DNA of 64,000 nucleotides from Eledone cirrhosa (Eukaryota): contig OZ024748.1 in assembly GCA_964016885.1 (NCBI GenBank), forward strand, positions 36,332,001 through 36,396,000, given 5' to 3'. Every line of letters starts with the position of its first letter. Positions within the stretch are counted from its first letter, which is position 1. The notes under the pieces are model-generated. The model saw only the letters and a program-made list of their open reading frames with translations. It had not been told where the DNA came from and made no database searches. The position numbers were made by a program, and so were the translations under genes. Shown here one piece after another: positions 12,581 through 29,069 of this stretch.

Positions 12581-15176
12581 ACTCTTTTACTCTTTTACTC
12601 TTTTACCTGTTTCAGCCATCCGGCTGAGGCCATGCTGTGGCACCGCCCTTGTTGCTACACATTTTATCTCCAGCCTGTATAGGTTGGCCACTGGTGTAGG
12701 AGGGAGTTTGTTGCTGCTGCTGCCCTTAGGTTTCCCTCGTGTCTTGCTGTGGGCTCATCCGGGATCCTGGATAACAAGGTGTCGAGATGTTTCTTAAAGA
12801 CATCCACATCCACGTCATGCAAGTCTCTCAGATGCTCTCGGCAGCCTGTTGAAGAGTTGAGGGCCCTTGAATCCCAGGCTATTGCAATACCTGCTCCTTA
12901 TTCTAGATGTGGAAGACGGGACCTTTGGCCACCACACAGTGACGTCCTGTTCGACGGTTGGTCCAGCTCCCAATGCCAAAGTTTGGTGCTAGTCCCTCCA
13001 GGATTTTCCACACGTAGATCACTGCGTATCTCTCCCGTCTTCGCTCCAAGGAGTAGAGGTTCAGTTTCTTTAGCCTCTCCCAGTAGCTTGTCTCCCTCAT
13101 CTTGGCAATCCTCTTGGTGTAGCTTCGCTGGATTGCCTCAAGCTCCGTGGTTAGTCTTGACACTATGGGGTTGACCACAGCTGGGAAGCAGTAGTCCAGG
13201 CGGCTTAGGACAAAAGTCCTCCACAGTGTCAAAATGGTGTCTCGATCTCTTGTAAGGAAACTCCTCAAGATCCAGCCAGCGAATCGTCTACATGTTGTCG
13301 CCACCTTCATGATGTGTGAAGAAAAAAGATGCATCATCGCTCATGTCTATGCCCAGGTCTCGTATCGATTTTGACACGGGGATATCGGTCCCCTCCTGGT
13401 CCTGTGTAGCTGTGTTCCACTATATTTGTGTTTGCAGGTTTGTATTGTAGGGCTTGGAATTTGCCAGCATTAAACTGCATGTTGTTTTCTTCCGCCTATC
13501 TGTATATAGCATCCAGATCCTGCTGTAAAAGGGCAGCGTCAGCCGGGTTTTTGATTGCCTGTGCTACCTTAGTGTCATCAGCATAGCTAGTGAGGGATGT
13601 TGTTGCATGCACAACAGAGGGCATGTCCGAGAGAGCCACCAAAAACAGTAGTGAACCCAGGACTGTCCCCTGGGGCACCCCACTTGTTATCGGTGTTTCC
13701 CTCGAGAGGGCCCCATTTGCTGCGACTGCCTGGCTTCTGTCCCTTAGGAAGCCATGCAGCCACTCATCTACTTTTCCAGTTATGCCGAGTCCGTGTAGTT
13801 TGTGACATATCATTCCGTGGTCGACCTTGTCAAAGGCCTTCGCAAAGTCAAGATATATCACGTCCACATGTGAGCTGTCTAGTAGTTGTCTCAGTACCCA
13901 GTCGTAGTGATGTAGCAGCTGTGTAAGGCAGCTTCTTCCTGGGCGGAAGCCATGTTGCGTGCTAGTCAGGCGGTCATTTTCTTCGAGGAAAGTGATTAGT
14001 TTCTTTCTGACGACTCGCTCCATGACCTTACTGATATGCGACGTCAGTGAGACTGGCCTATAGTTCTTGGCCTCCGCTCTACTACCTCCTTTATGGATAG
14101 GGCATATTGTGCCTTCTTTCAGCTCCCTGGGTAGTACACCGCTAGCCAAGGAGCTTCTGAAGAGCATCTTCAGTGGAGTTGCTAAGGCCCGCTTACATAT
14201 TTTTAGGAGAACTGCTGGGAATCCATCAGGTCCAGCAGCCGAGTCTGTTCTAATTTCATCAATGGCGTACACCACATCCTCCTCCGTTATGTCTATGTGG
14301 TTGATGGTTGCCATTTCTTGATGTAGTGTTGTGGCATCAAAGAACTCCTCTGGCTTCGTTATTTGCATGTGCCTCAGTGGACATGTGAAGACAATTTTGT
14401 ACTGTTCGTTCAGTATTTCACATATCTCTTGGGGATTTTCGGTTAATGAACCGTTCGTGTGGAAGAGTGGTCCGATCTTGCAGTGTACTAAGGCAGTTTC
14501 TTTTGCAAATTTAAAGAAGGCCTTAGGGTTTGTTTTAATGTTTTCTATGACCCTGTTCTCTTTCTTTGCCCTCTCATTCTCATGTGAAAGTTTGAGTGCA
14601 ATCTCGGTGTCAAGTAGTGCACGTTTCAAATAGGATTCCTTCTTGTTTTTGTTTTGTTGACTATTCAACTGGTTTGAGAGTTTAGTTCTACGTCTCATAA
14701 GGATTTTCCTATCTCTGGGAATAAGATTTTTGTGTCTGTTTACCTCTTTCTCCGGGACACACCTTTTGCATATGGTGTGTATCGTTGTCATGAAGTGTTG
14801 AAATTGTGTGTTAGTGTCTTGTGTGGCGGTGTTTTCACTCCATGTTTGCTTCCGGATTTTACTCTTAATCTTTTTCCAGTTAGCCTTATAGAAGTTAAGG
14901 TTGGATAGCGTCCCGGAGCTTCTTGGTGGTATTGTCTCTGTTGGTTCTCTTGGACCACATATCATTAGCTCTACTAAGTTATGATCCGAGAGAATTGTTG
15001 GTGTCACATTTACATTGTGGATGAGCACTTCGTTGTTTGTAAAACAGAGGTCCAGGACATTTTCGCCTCTTGTTGGGAGGAGTATTGCTTGCTCCATGAA
15101 CAGCCTGTGTGTGAGGGCCAGCAGGGATTCCGTCTGTCTCTGTTCTATTGACGTCATTCCAGGGAGGAGGGGGCAC
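12581..15176 (-). mobile_element. 5'-truncated CR1-group LINE (ORF2: APE C-terminus + RT), degenerate
   Basis: ORFs 13496-15157 and 12903-13337 contain [52 protein letters not shown] and LYSLERRRER. (AAAAGAGT)n tail at 12581-12605. Confidence 0.9.
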
Positions 15177-15177
15177 T

Positions 15178-17115
<1,938 letters not shown>

Positions 17116-17117
<2 letters not shown>

Positions 17118-17896
17118 GATATTAAATAAATGGAAACTATATTTATAAAACCATATTTATTTCCTTATATATATTTCAGGGATATCATATTAACAATATG
17201 TTATGCCTTCTTCAGACAAAATACAATATAAACAGTCTTATAAATAAATAGATACGACATACCTTTCAATCACCTTGCATTTGTGAGGTTGATTTGGCAG
17301 TAAAAAATATTGTGGACAGTTGTAAAAAGAAAGAGATAAAGAGAGAAAGAAAGAGAAACGAAAAAGAAGAAATGCATGTGACTAAATAGAGAGATATAGA
17401 AAGATAGATAAAGAGAAGAACTTCATGTAAAGAAACAGAGAGAAATATATATAGAGAGGAAAAAAAGAAAGAGATAGATAGATAGAGAAACTAGGAAGTT
17501 GGGTATCGGTTGATACATTTATTTATTTATTTATTTATTTATTTAGCTCTAGTATTAATGTAAAGAGAGATGTATGTAGTTAAGAGAGAAAATAGCCGTT
17601 ATATAGAGAGAAAAAAGAGAAAATGAAAAAGAGAAAATGAAACATAACCAGACATAAACGATGCAGAATTTATGTATCTATAATAAGACTGTTTATATTG
17701 TATTTTGTCTGAAGAAGACATAACATATTGTTAATATGATATCCCTGAAATATATATAACGAAATAAATATGGTTTTATAAATATAGTTTCCATTTATTT
17801 AATATCATAAATATACTCCAAATACTTGTTGAGTGCTTTTATATCAGTTATAAATATTTACTCGTTGTTAACCCAACAATTTAAATATAAGTTTCC

Positions 17897-17897
<1 letters not shown>
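17116..17897 (+). mobile_element. Penelope-type element family H5 with inverted 5' copy of its hammerhead-bearing end
   Basis: Inverted arms 17116-~17260 / ~17670-17809; homologous to 33942-34398; flanked by (TA)n. Confidence 0.7.
17701..17766 (+). ncRNA. Type I hammerhead ribozyme motif (H5); inverted copy at ~17157-17223
   Basis: tattttgt-CTGAAGA-[stem II ...catatt-gtt-aatatg...ccct]-GAAA-TATAT-ATA-acgaaata. 8-bp stem I with one G-U pair, palindromic (AU)n stem III. Confidence 0.65.
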
Positions 17898-17928
<31 letters not shown>

Positions 17929-18076
17929 ATACATATATATATATATATATACATATATATACATATATATATATATACATATATATACATATATATATAT
18001 ATACATATATATACATATATATATATATACATATATATACATATATATATATATACATATATATACATATATATAC

Positions 18077-18375
<299 letters not shown>

Positions 18376-18396
18376 TATATGTATACATATATAAAC

Positions 18397-18435
<39 letters not shown>

Positions 18436-18451
18436 CATATATATATATACA

Positions 18452-18871
18452 TAAACAATTAAGTTAAAAATGTACATCCACATATGTATACTGAAATACT
18501 AGTATGCATATGAATACACACACGTGTACATATGTAGATGTACCGAGTTTTTCACTGGACACTTTACTGTGAGTGTCCAGCTATTCTGTATGTAAACACA
18601 CAGACAAACCGGTTTTTAGAGTCATACTGGTTTTCGAGGAAACACCTTTCCTCTATTCTCTAGAAAGCCAGACAAGGAATATTGGACTAGTTTCGATGTT
18701 GTTACATCTCATAGGCAATATTTACCTATCTTCCGGCCTTTCTAGAGAATCGTAAAAGCACATATCGTTATATGCTTTTTCTATGAAAATTAGTAGTGGG
18801 CAGACTAATTTGCATAGAGCGTGAGTACGTACCGGTTCAGCGGAGACGATAAAAACAAATAACGAAACGAA
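18452..18871 (-). repeat. Inverted partial copy of the 466-bp unit, with mutated hammerhead core
   Basis: Reverse complement of the unit. Core reads CCTATGA instead of CTGATGA. Joins the forward array through a GAA microhomology at ~18869-18871. Confidence 0.9.
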
Positions 18872-21800
18872 GATAGGTAAATATTGCTGATGAGATGTAA
18901 CAACATCGAAACTAGTCCAATATTCCTTGTCTGGCTTTCTGCAGAATAGAGGAAAGGTGTTTCCTCGAAAACCAGTATGACTCTAAAAACCGGTTTGTCT
19001 GTGTGTTTACATACAGAATAGCTGGACACTCACAGTAAAGTGTCCAGTGAAAAACTCGGTACATCTACATATGTACACGTGTGTGTATTCATATGCATAC
19101 TAGTATTTCTGTATACATATGTGGATGTACATTTTTAACTTAATTGTTTAAGCGTCAGTCATACAAAAGTGAGTTACAAACGAAACGAAATTTAATTTCG
19201 TTTCGTTATTTGTTTTTATCGTCTCCGCTGAACCGGTAGGTACTCACGCTCTATGCAAATTAGTCTGCCCACTACTAATTTTCATAGAAAAAGCATATAA
19301 CGATATGTGCTTTTACGATTCTCTAGAAAGGCCGGAAGATAGGTAAATATTGCTGATGAGATGTAACAACATCGAAACTAGTCCAATATTCCTTGTCTGG
19401 CTTTCTGGAGAATAGAGGAAAGGTGTTTCCTCGAAAACCAGTGTGACTCTAAAAACCGGCTTGTCTGTGTGTTTACATACAGAATAGCTGGACACTCACA
19501 GTAAAGTGCCCAGTGAAAAACTCGGTACATCTACATATGTACACGTGTGTGTATTCATATGCATACTAGTATTTCTGTATACATATGTGGATGTACATTT
19601 TTAACTTAATTGTTTAAGCGTCAGTCATACAAAAGTGAGTTACAAAAAAAACGAAATTTAATTTCGTTTCGTTATTTGTTTTTATCGTCTCCGCTGAACC
19701 GGTACGTACTCACGCTCTATGCAAATTAGTCTGCCCACTACTAATTTTCATAGAAAAAGCATATAACGATATGTGCTTTTACGATTCTCTAGAAAGGCCG
19801 GAAGATAGGTAAATATTGCTGATGAGATGTAACAACATCGAAACTAGTCCAATATTCCTTGTCTGGCTTTCTGGAGAATAGAGGAAACACCTTTCCTCGA
19901 AAACCAGTGTGACTCTAAAAACCGGCTTGTCTGTGTGTTTACATACAGAATAGCTGGACACTCACAGTAAAGTGCCCAGTGAAAAACTCGGTACATCTAC
20001 ATATGTACACGTGTGTGTATTCATATGCATACTAGTATTTCTGTATACATATGTGGATGTACATTTTTAACTTAATTGTTTAAGCGTCAGTCATACAAAA
20101 GTGAGTTACAAACGAAACGAAATTTAATTTCGTTTCGTTATTTGTTTTTATCGTCTCCGCTGAACCGGTACGTACTCACGCTCTATGCAAATTAGTCTGC
20201 CCACTACTAATTTTCATAGAAAAAGCATATAACGATATGTGCTTTTACGATTCTCTAGAAAGGCCGGAAGATAGGTAAATATTGCTGATGAGATGTAACA
20301 ACATCGAAACTAGTCCAATATTCCTTGTCTGGCTTTCTGCAGAATAGAGGAAAGGTGTTTCCTCGAAAACCAGTATGACTCTAAAAACCGGTTTGTCTGT
20401 GTGTTTACATACAGAATAGCTGGACACTCACAGTAAAGTGTCCAGTGAAAAACTCGGTACATCTACATATGTACACGTGTGTGTATTCATATGCATACTA
20501 GTATTTCAGTATACATATGTGGATGTACATTTTTAACTTAATTGTTTAAGCGTCAGTCATACAAAAGTGAGTTACAAACGAAACGAAATTTAATTTCGTT
20601 TCGTTATTTGTTTTTATCGTCTCCGCTAAACCGGTACGTACTCACGCTCTATGCAAATTAGTCTGCCCACTACTAATTTTCATAGAAAAAGCATATAACG
20701 ATATGTGCTTTTACGATTCTCTAGAAAGGCCGGAAGATAGGTAAATATTGCTGATGAGATGTAACAACATCGAAACTAGTCCAATATTCCTTGTCTGGCT
20801 TTCTGGAGAATAGAGGAAAGGTGTTTCCTCGAAAACCAGTATGACTCTAAAAACCGGTTTGTCTGTGTGTTTACATACAGAATAGCTGGACACTCACAGT
20901 AAAGTGTCCAGTGAAAAACTCGGTACATCTACATATGTACACGTGTGTGTATTCATATGCATACTAGTATTTCTGTATACATATGTGGATGTACATTTTT
21001 AACTTAATTGTTTAAGCGTCAGTCATACAAAAGTGAGTTACAAACGAAACGAAATTTAATTTCGTTTCGTTATTTGTTTTTATCGTCTCCGCTGAACCGG
21101 TACGTACTCACGCTCTATGCAAATTAGTCTGCCCACTACTAATTTTCATAGAAAAAGCATATAACGATATGTGCTTTTACGATTCTCTAGAAAGGCCGGA
21201 AGATAGGTAAATATTGCTGATGAGATGTAACAACATCGAAACTAGTCCAATATTCCTTGTCTGGCTTTCTGGAGAATAGAGGAAAGGTGTTTCCTCGAAA
21301 ACCAGTGTGACTCTAAAAACCGGCTTGTCTGTGTGTTTACATACAGAATAGCTGGACACTCACAGTAAAGTGTCCAGTGAAAAACTCGGTACATCTACAT
21401 ATGTACACGTGTGTGTATTCATATGCATACTAGTATTTCAGTATACATATGTGGATGTACATTTTTAACTTAATTGTTTAAGCGTCAGTCATACAAAAGT
21501 GAGTTACAAACGAAACGAAATTTAATTTCGTTTCGTTATTTGTTTTTATCGTCTCCGCTGAACCGGTACGTACTCACGCTCTATGCAAATTAGTCTGCCC
21601 ACTACTAATTTTCATAGAAAAAGCATATAACGATATGTGCTTTTACGATTCTCTAGAAAGGCCGGAAGATAGGTAAATATTGCTGATGAGATGTAACAAC
21701 ATCGAAACTAGTCCAATATTCCTTGTCTGGCTTTCTGGAGAATAGAGGAAAGGTGTTTCCTCGAAAACCAGTATGACTCTAAAAACCGGTTTGTCTGTGT

Positions 21801-24800
21801 GTTTACATACAGAATAGCTGGACACTCACAGTAAAGTGTCCAGTGAAAAACTCGGTACATCTACATATGTACACGTGTGTGTATTCATATGCATACTAGT
21901 ATTTCTGTATACATATGTGGATGTACATTTTTAACTTAATTGTTTAAGCGTCAGTCATACAAAAGTGAGTTACAAACGAAACGAAATTTAATTTCGTTTC
22001 GTTATTTGTTTTTATCGTCTCCGCTGAACCGGTACGTACTCACGCTCTATGCAAATTAGTCTGCCCACTACTAATTTTCATAGAAAAAGCATATAACGAT
22101 ATGTGCTTTTACGATTCTCTAGAAAGGCCGGAAGATAGGTAAATATTGCTGATGAGATGTAACAACATCGAAACTAGTCCAATATTCCTTGTCTGGCTTT
22201 CTGGAGAATAGAGGAAAGGTGTTTCCTCGAAAACCAGTGTGACTCTAAAAACCGGCTTGTCTGTGTGTTTACATACAGAATAGCTGGACACTCACAGTAA
22301 AGTGTCCAGTGAAAAACTCGGTACATCTACATATGTACACGTGTGTGTATTCATATGCATACTAGTATTTCAGTATACATATGTGGATGTACATTTTTAA
22401 CTTAATTGTTTAAGCGTCAGTCATACAAAAGTGAGTTACAAACGAAACGAAATTTAATTTCGTTTCGTTATTTGTTTTTATCGTCTCCGCTGAACCGGTA
22501 CGTACTCACGCTCTATGCAAATTAGTCTGCCCACTACTAATTTTCATAGAAAAAGCATATAACGATATGTGCTTTTACGATTCTCTAGAAAGGCCGGAAG
22601 ATAGGTAAATATTGCTGATGAGATGTAACAACATCGAAACTAGTCCAATATTCCTTGTCTGGCTTTCTGGAGAATAGAGGAAAGGTGTTTCCTCGAAAAC
22701 CAGTATGACTCTAAAAACCGGTTTGTCTGTGTGTTTACATACAGAATAGCTGGACACTCACAGTAAAGTGTCCAGTGAAAAACTCGGTACATCTACATAT
22801 GTACACGTGTGTGTATTCATATGCATACTAGTATTTCTGTATACATATGTGGATGTACATTTTTAACTTAATTGTTTAAGCGTCAGTCATACAAAAGTGA
22901 GTTACAAACGAAACGAAATTTAATTTCGTTTCGTTATTTGTTTTTATCGTCTCCGCTGAACCGGTACGTACTCACGCTCTATGCAAATTAGTCTGCCCAC
23001 TACTAATTTTCATAGAAAAAGCATATAACGATATGTGCTTTTACGATTCTCTAGAAAGGCCGGAAGATAGGTAAATATTGCTGATGAGATGTAACAACAT
23101 CGAAACTAGTCCAATATTCCTTGTCTGGCTTTTTGGAGAATAGAGGAAAGGTGTTTCCTCGAAAACCAGTATGACTCTAAAAACCGGTTTGTCTGTGTGT
23201 TTACATACAGAATAGCTGGACACTCACAGTAAAGTGTCCAGTGAAAAACTCGGTACATCTACATATGTACACGTGTGTGTATTCATATGCATACTAGTAT
23301 TTCAGTATACATATGTGGATGTACATTTTTAACTTAATTGTTTAAGCGTCAGTCATACAAAAGTGAGTTACAAACGAAACGAAATTTAATTTCGTTTCGT
23401 TATTTGTTTTTATCGTCTCCGCTGAACCGGTACGTACTCACGCTCTATGCAAATTAGTCTGCCCACTACTAATTTTCATAGAAAAAGCATATAACGATAT
23501 GTGCTTTTACGATTCTCTAGAAAGGCCGGAAGATAGGTAAATATTGCTGATGAGATGTAACAACATCGAAACTAGTCCAATATTCCTTGTCTGGCTTTCT
23601 GGAGAATAGAGGAAAGGTGTTTCCTCGAAAACCAGTGTGACTCTAAAAAGCGGTTTGTCTGTGTGTTTACATACAGAATAGCTGGACACTCACAGTAAAG
23701 TGTCCAGTGAAAAACTCGGTACATCTACATATGTACACGTGTGTGTATTCATATGCATACTAGTATTTCTGTATACATATGTGGATGTACATTTTTAACT
23801 TAATTGTTTAAGCGTCAGTCATACAAAAGTGAGTTACAAACGAAACGAAATTTAATTTCGTTTCGTTATTTGTTTTTATCGTCTCCGCTGAACCGGTACG
23901 TACTCACGCTCTATGCAAATTAGTCTGCCCACTACTAATTTTCATAGAAAAAGCATATAACGATATGTGCTTTTACGATTCTCTAGAAAGGCCGGAAGAT
24001 AGGTAAATATTGCTGATGAGATGTAACAACATCGAAACTAGTCCAATATTCCTTGTCTGGCTTTCTGGAGAATAGAGGAAAGGTGTTTCCTCGAAAACCA
24101 GTGTGACTCTAAAAACCGGCTTGTCTGTGTGTTTACATACAGAATAGCTGGACACTCACAGTAAAGTGTCCAGTGAAAAACTCGGTACATCTACATATGT
24201 ACACGTGTGTGTATTCATATGCATACTAGTATTTCTGTATACATATGTGGATGTACATTTTTAACTTAATTGTTTAAGCGTCAGTCATACAAAAGTGAGT
24301 TACAAACGAAACGAAATTTAATTTCGTTTCGTTATTTGTTTTTATCGTCTCCGCTGAACCGGTACGTACTCACGCTCTATGCAAATTAGTCTGCCCACTA
24401 CTAATTTTCATAGAAAAAGCATATAACGATATGTGCTTTTACGATTCTCTAGAAAGGCCGGAAGATAGGTAAATATTGCTGATGAGATGTAACAACATCG
24501 AAACTAGTCCAATATTCCTTGTCTGGCTTTCTGGAGAATAGAGGAAAGGTGTTTCCTCGAAAACCAGTATGACTCTAAAAACCGGTTTGTCTGTGTGTTT
24601 ACATACAGAATAGCTGGACACTCACAGTAAAGTGTCCAGTGAAAAACTCGGTACATCTACATATGTACACGTGTGTGTATTCATATGCATACTAGTATTT
24701 CAGTATACATATGTGGATGTACATTTTTAACTTAATTGTTTAAGCGTCAGTCATACAAAAGTGAGTTACAAACGAAACGAAATTTAATTTCGTTTCGTTA

Positions 24801-26210
24801 TTTGTTTTTATCGTCTCCGCTGAACCGGTACGTACTCACGCTCTATGCAAATTAGTCTGCCCACTACTAATTTTCATAGAAAAAGCATATAACGATATGT
24901 GCTTTTACGATTCTCTAGAAAGGCCGGAAGATAGGTAAATATTGCTGATGAGATGTAACAACATCGAAACTAGTCCAATATTCCTTGTCTGGCTTTCTGG
25001 AGAATAGAGGAAAGGTGTTTCCTCGAAAACCAGTATGACTCTAAAAACCGGTTTGTCTGTGTGTTTACATACAGAATAGCTGGACACTCACAGTAAAGTG
25101 TCCAGTGAAAAACTCGGTACATCTACATATGTACACGTGTGTGTATTCATATGCATACTAGTATTTCTGTATACATATGTGGATGTACATTTTTAACTTA
25201 ATTGTTTAAGCGTCAGTCATACAAAAGTGAGTTACAAACGTAACGAAATTTAATTTCGTTTCGTTATTTGTTTTTATCGTCTCCGCTGAACCGGTACGTA
25301 CTCACGCTCTATGCAAATTAGTCTGCCCACTACTAATTTTCATAGAAAAAGCATATAACGATATGTGCTTTTACGATTCTCTAGAAAGGCCGGAAGATAG
25401 GTAAATATTGCTGATGAGATGTAACAACATCGAAACTAGTCCAATATTCCTTGTCTGGCTTTCTGGAGAATAGAGGAAAGGTGTTTCCTCGAAAACCAGT
25501 ATGACTCTAAAAACCGGCTTGTCTGTGTGTTTACATACAGAATAGCTGGACACTCACAGTAAAGTGTCCAGTGAAAAACTCGGTACATCTACATATGTAC
25601 ACGTGTGTGTATTCATATGCATACTAGTATTTCAGTATACATATGTGGATGTACATTTTTAACTTAATTGTTTAAGCGTCAGTCATACAAAAGTGAGTTA
25701 CAAACGAAACGAAATTTAATTTCGTTTCGTTATTTGTTTTTATCGTCTCCGCTGAACCGGTACGTACTCACGCTCTATGCAAATTAGTCTGCCCACTACT
25801 AATTTTCATAGAAAAAGCATATAACGATATGTGCTTTTACGATTCTCTAGAAAGGCCGGAAGATAGGTAAATATTGCTGATGAGATGTAACAACATCGAA
25901 ACTAGTCCAATATTCCATTGTCTGGCTTTCTGGAGAATAGAGGAAAGGTGTTTCCTCGAAAACCAGTATGACTCTAAAAACCGGTTTGTCTGTGTGTTTA
26001 CATACAGAATAGCTGGACACTCACAGTAAAGTGTCCAGTGAAAAACTCGGTACATCTACATATGTACACGTGTGTGTATTCATATGCATACTAGTATTTC
26101 AGTATACATATGTGGATGTACATTTTTAACTTAATTGTTTAAGCGTCAGTCATACGAAAGTGAGTTACAAACGAAACGAAATTTAATTTCGTTTCTTTAT
26201 TTGTTTTTAT
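18869..26210 (+). repeat. 466-bp tandem array (~15.7 units, 16 hammerheads), non-LTR retrozyme-like
   Basis: Period of 466 bp (CTGATGA at 18887+466k up to 25877). Units differ by only a few SNPs. Flanked by (TA)n. Confidence 0.95.
18880..18924 (+). ncRNA. Type I hammerhead ribozyme (first of 16 copies; last at 25870-25914)
   Basis: aatattg-CTGATGA-gatgt-aaca-acatc-GAAAC-TA-GTC-caatatt. 7-bp stem I, 5-bp stem II closed by G10.1-C11.1, intact core, palindromic ACUAGU stem III, GUC triplet. Predicted cut after 18917. Confidence 0.9.
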
Positions 26211-26430
26211 ATATACATATATATACATATATATATACACATATATATACATATATATATATACATATATATATATATACATATATATACATATATATAT
26301 ACATATATATACATACATATACATACGTATATATATATACATATATATACATATATATATACATATATATACATACATATATATATATACATATATACAT
26401 ATATATACATATATATATACATATATATAC

Positions 26431-26481
<51 letters not shown>

Positions 26482-26486
26482 TATAC

Positions 26487-26537
<51 letters not shown>

Positions 26538-26554
26538 TATACATATATATATAC

Positions 26555-26595
<41 letters not shown>

Positions 26596-26719
26596 TATAC
26601 ATATATATACATATATATACATATATATACATATATATATATATACATATATATACATATATATATATATACATATATATAAATACATATATATATATAT
26701 ATATATACATATATATACA

Positions 26720-26753
<34 letters not shown>

Positions 26754-26812
26754 CATATATATATATACATATATATACATATATATACATATATATATAT
26801 ACATATATATAC

Positions 26813-26869
<57 letters not shown>

Positions 26870-26898
26870 TATACATATATATATATACATATATATAC

Positions 26899-26953
<55 letters not shown>

Positions 26954-26958
26954 TATAC

Positions 26959-27009
<51 letters not shown>

Positions 27010-27036
27010 TATACATATATATATACATATATATAC

Positions 27037-27086
<50 letters not shown>

Positions 27087-27088
27087 AC

Positions 27089-27155
<67 letters not shown>

Positions 27156-27338
27156 CATATATATATACATATATATACATATATATATATACATATATAT
27201 ATACATATATATATATACATATATATATACATATATATATACATATATATACATATATATATATACATATATATAGATATATATACATATATATATATAC
27301 ATATATATATATACATATATATACATATATACATATAC

Positions 27339-27371
<33 letters not shown>

Positions 27372-27504
27372 CATATATATATACATATATACATACATAT
27401 ATATATATACATATATATATACATATATATATACATATATATATATACATATATATATATATACATATATATACATATATATATATATACATATATACAT
27501 ATAC

Positions 27505-27535
<31 letters not shown>

Positions 27536-27616
27536 CATATATACATACATATATATATATATACAAATATATACATATATATATACATATATATATACAT
27601 ATATATACATATATAC

Positions 27617-27711
<95 letters not shown>

Positions 27712-27892
27712 CATATATATATACATATATATATATATACATATATATATACATATATATATATATACATATATATATACATATATATATATATATACAT
27801 ATATATATACATATATATATATATATACATATACGTATATATACATATACGTATATATACATATATATACATATATATATATATACATATAC

Positions 27893-27927
<35 letters not shown>

Positions 27928-28040
27928 CATATATATACATATATATAAATATACATATATATACATATATATATATATACATATATATACATATATATAC
28001 ATATACATATATATACATATACATATATATACATATATAT
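26211..28040. repeat. (TA/CA)n microsatellite
   Basis: Direct inspection. Confidence 0.95.
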
Positions 28041-28145
28041 ATCATCATCATCATCGTTTAACGTCCATATTCCACGCCTGCATGGGTTTAGACGGGAGTT
28101 TTCCCACTTGAGGCAAGAGTGGTTGTCTTGCTCGCATAGGACTGT
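28041..28145 (-). mobile_element. 3' tip of RTE family B
   Basis: Matches the end of 41620-41725; (GAT)n tail. Confidence 0.75.
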
Positions 28146-28475
28146 ATATATACAACATATACATATATATATATACATACATATACATATACATATATAT
28201 ATACATATATATACAGATATATATAGATATATATATATACATATATATACAGATATATATATATACATATATATACAGATATATATATATACATATATAT
28301 ACAGATATATATACATATATATATACATATATATACAGATATATATACATATATATATACATATATATACATATATACATATACATATATATAATCTGCA
28401 AATGGCTTGCGTAAGCCCATGCAGCGCTCGCGTAATTGAGAGATAGTATGTTTTCCAACAGACAAGTCTGGCAGA

Positions 28476-29069
28476 ATGTCGGTTGACAGCCTGCCAAACT
28501 ACATCCAGGCAATACAACCCCACATCACTAACACAAGAGAGGTAACACCACAGGAGCATGAGGATAGAGAAAAAGCCCTCAATGCCCATATGGTGATGTG
28601 GACGAATATAATGCAGCCCAACAAAAGGACTGCCAACAACTTCCAGGCCTGGAACAATGACGTGTCGGCGTTGTATGGGCTTCGAAAAGACCATAACACA
28701 GGCTGGGACCCTGTCGCGGGACCACCAACACGACCAGTCTGTGGGGCTAACATTGCTAGTCACTACAGACTGTCCTACTTCCTCTCCCTGATCATACGCC
28801 CCATCATTGAGATGTCCCCAGATGTGTGTGACAGCACGGAGGACCTCCTCATCAGAATCGGCGCGGGTAACCGATCTGGGGACCTAACAAACTGCATAAT
28901 AGGCAGTATGGATGTTGTGTCCCTGTATCCATCTATTGACGTGGATTTTGCTGTGGAGAAATGCGTAGAAATGATCAGCGAGAGCAAGGTTGAGTTCCGT
29001 GGGATTGATACCAGTGAGCTGGGAATTTTTGTATTTACATACATTTTTTCGACATGCATATGCATGTGA
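28476..29069 (+). pseudogene. Penelope-like reverse transcriptase fragment
   Basis: Motifs up to 'SMDVVSLYPSI'. The YxDD motif and GIY-YIG domain are missing. Confidence 0.8.

Noticed and set aside
18573-26055. Repeated 60-aa ORF (MSSYSVCKHTDK...) in each 466-bp unit
   Set aside because: Starts at GTG, has no recognisable motif, and is antisense to the hammerhead. It recurs only because the DNA repeats.
18869-26210. Array as a CRISPR, 5S rRNA, snRNA or tRNA gene cluster
   Set aside because: No unique spacers, and no recognisable 5S, U-snRNA or tRNA sequence in the unit.
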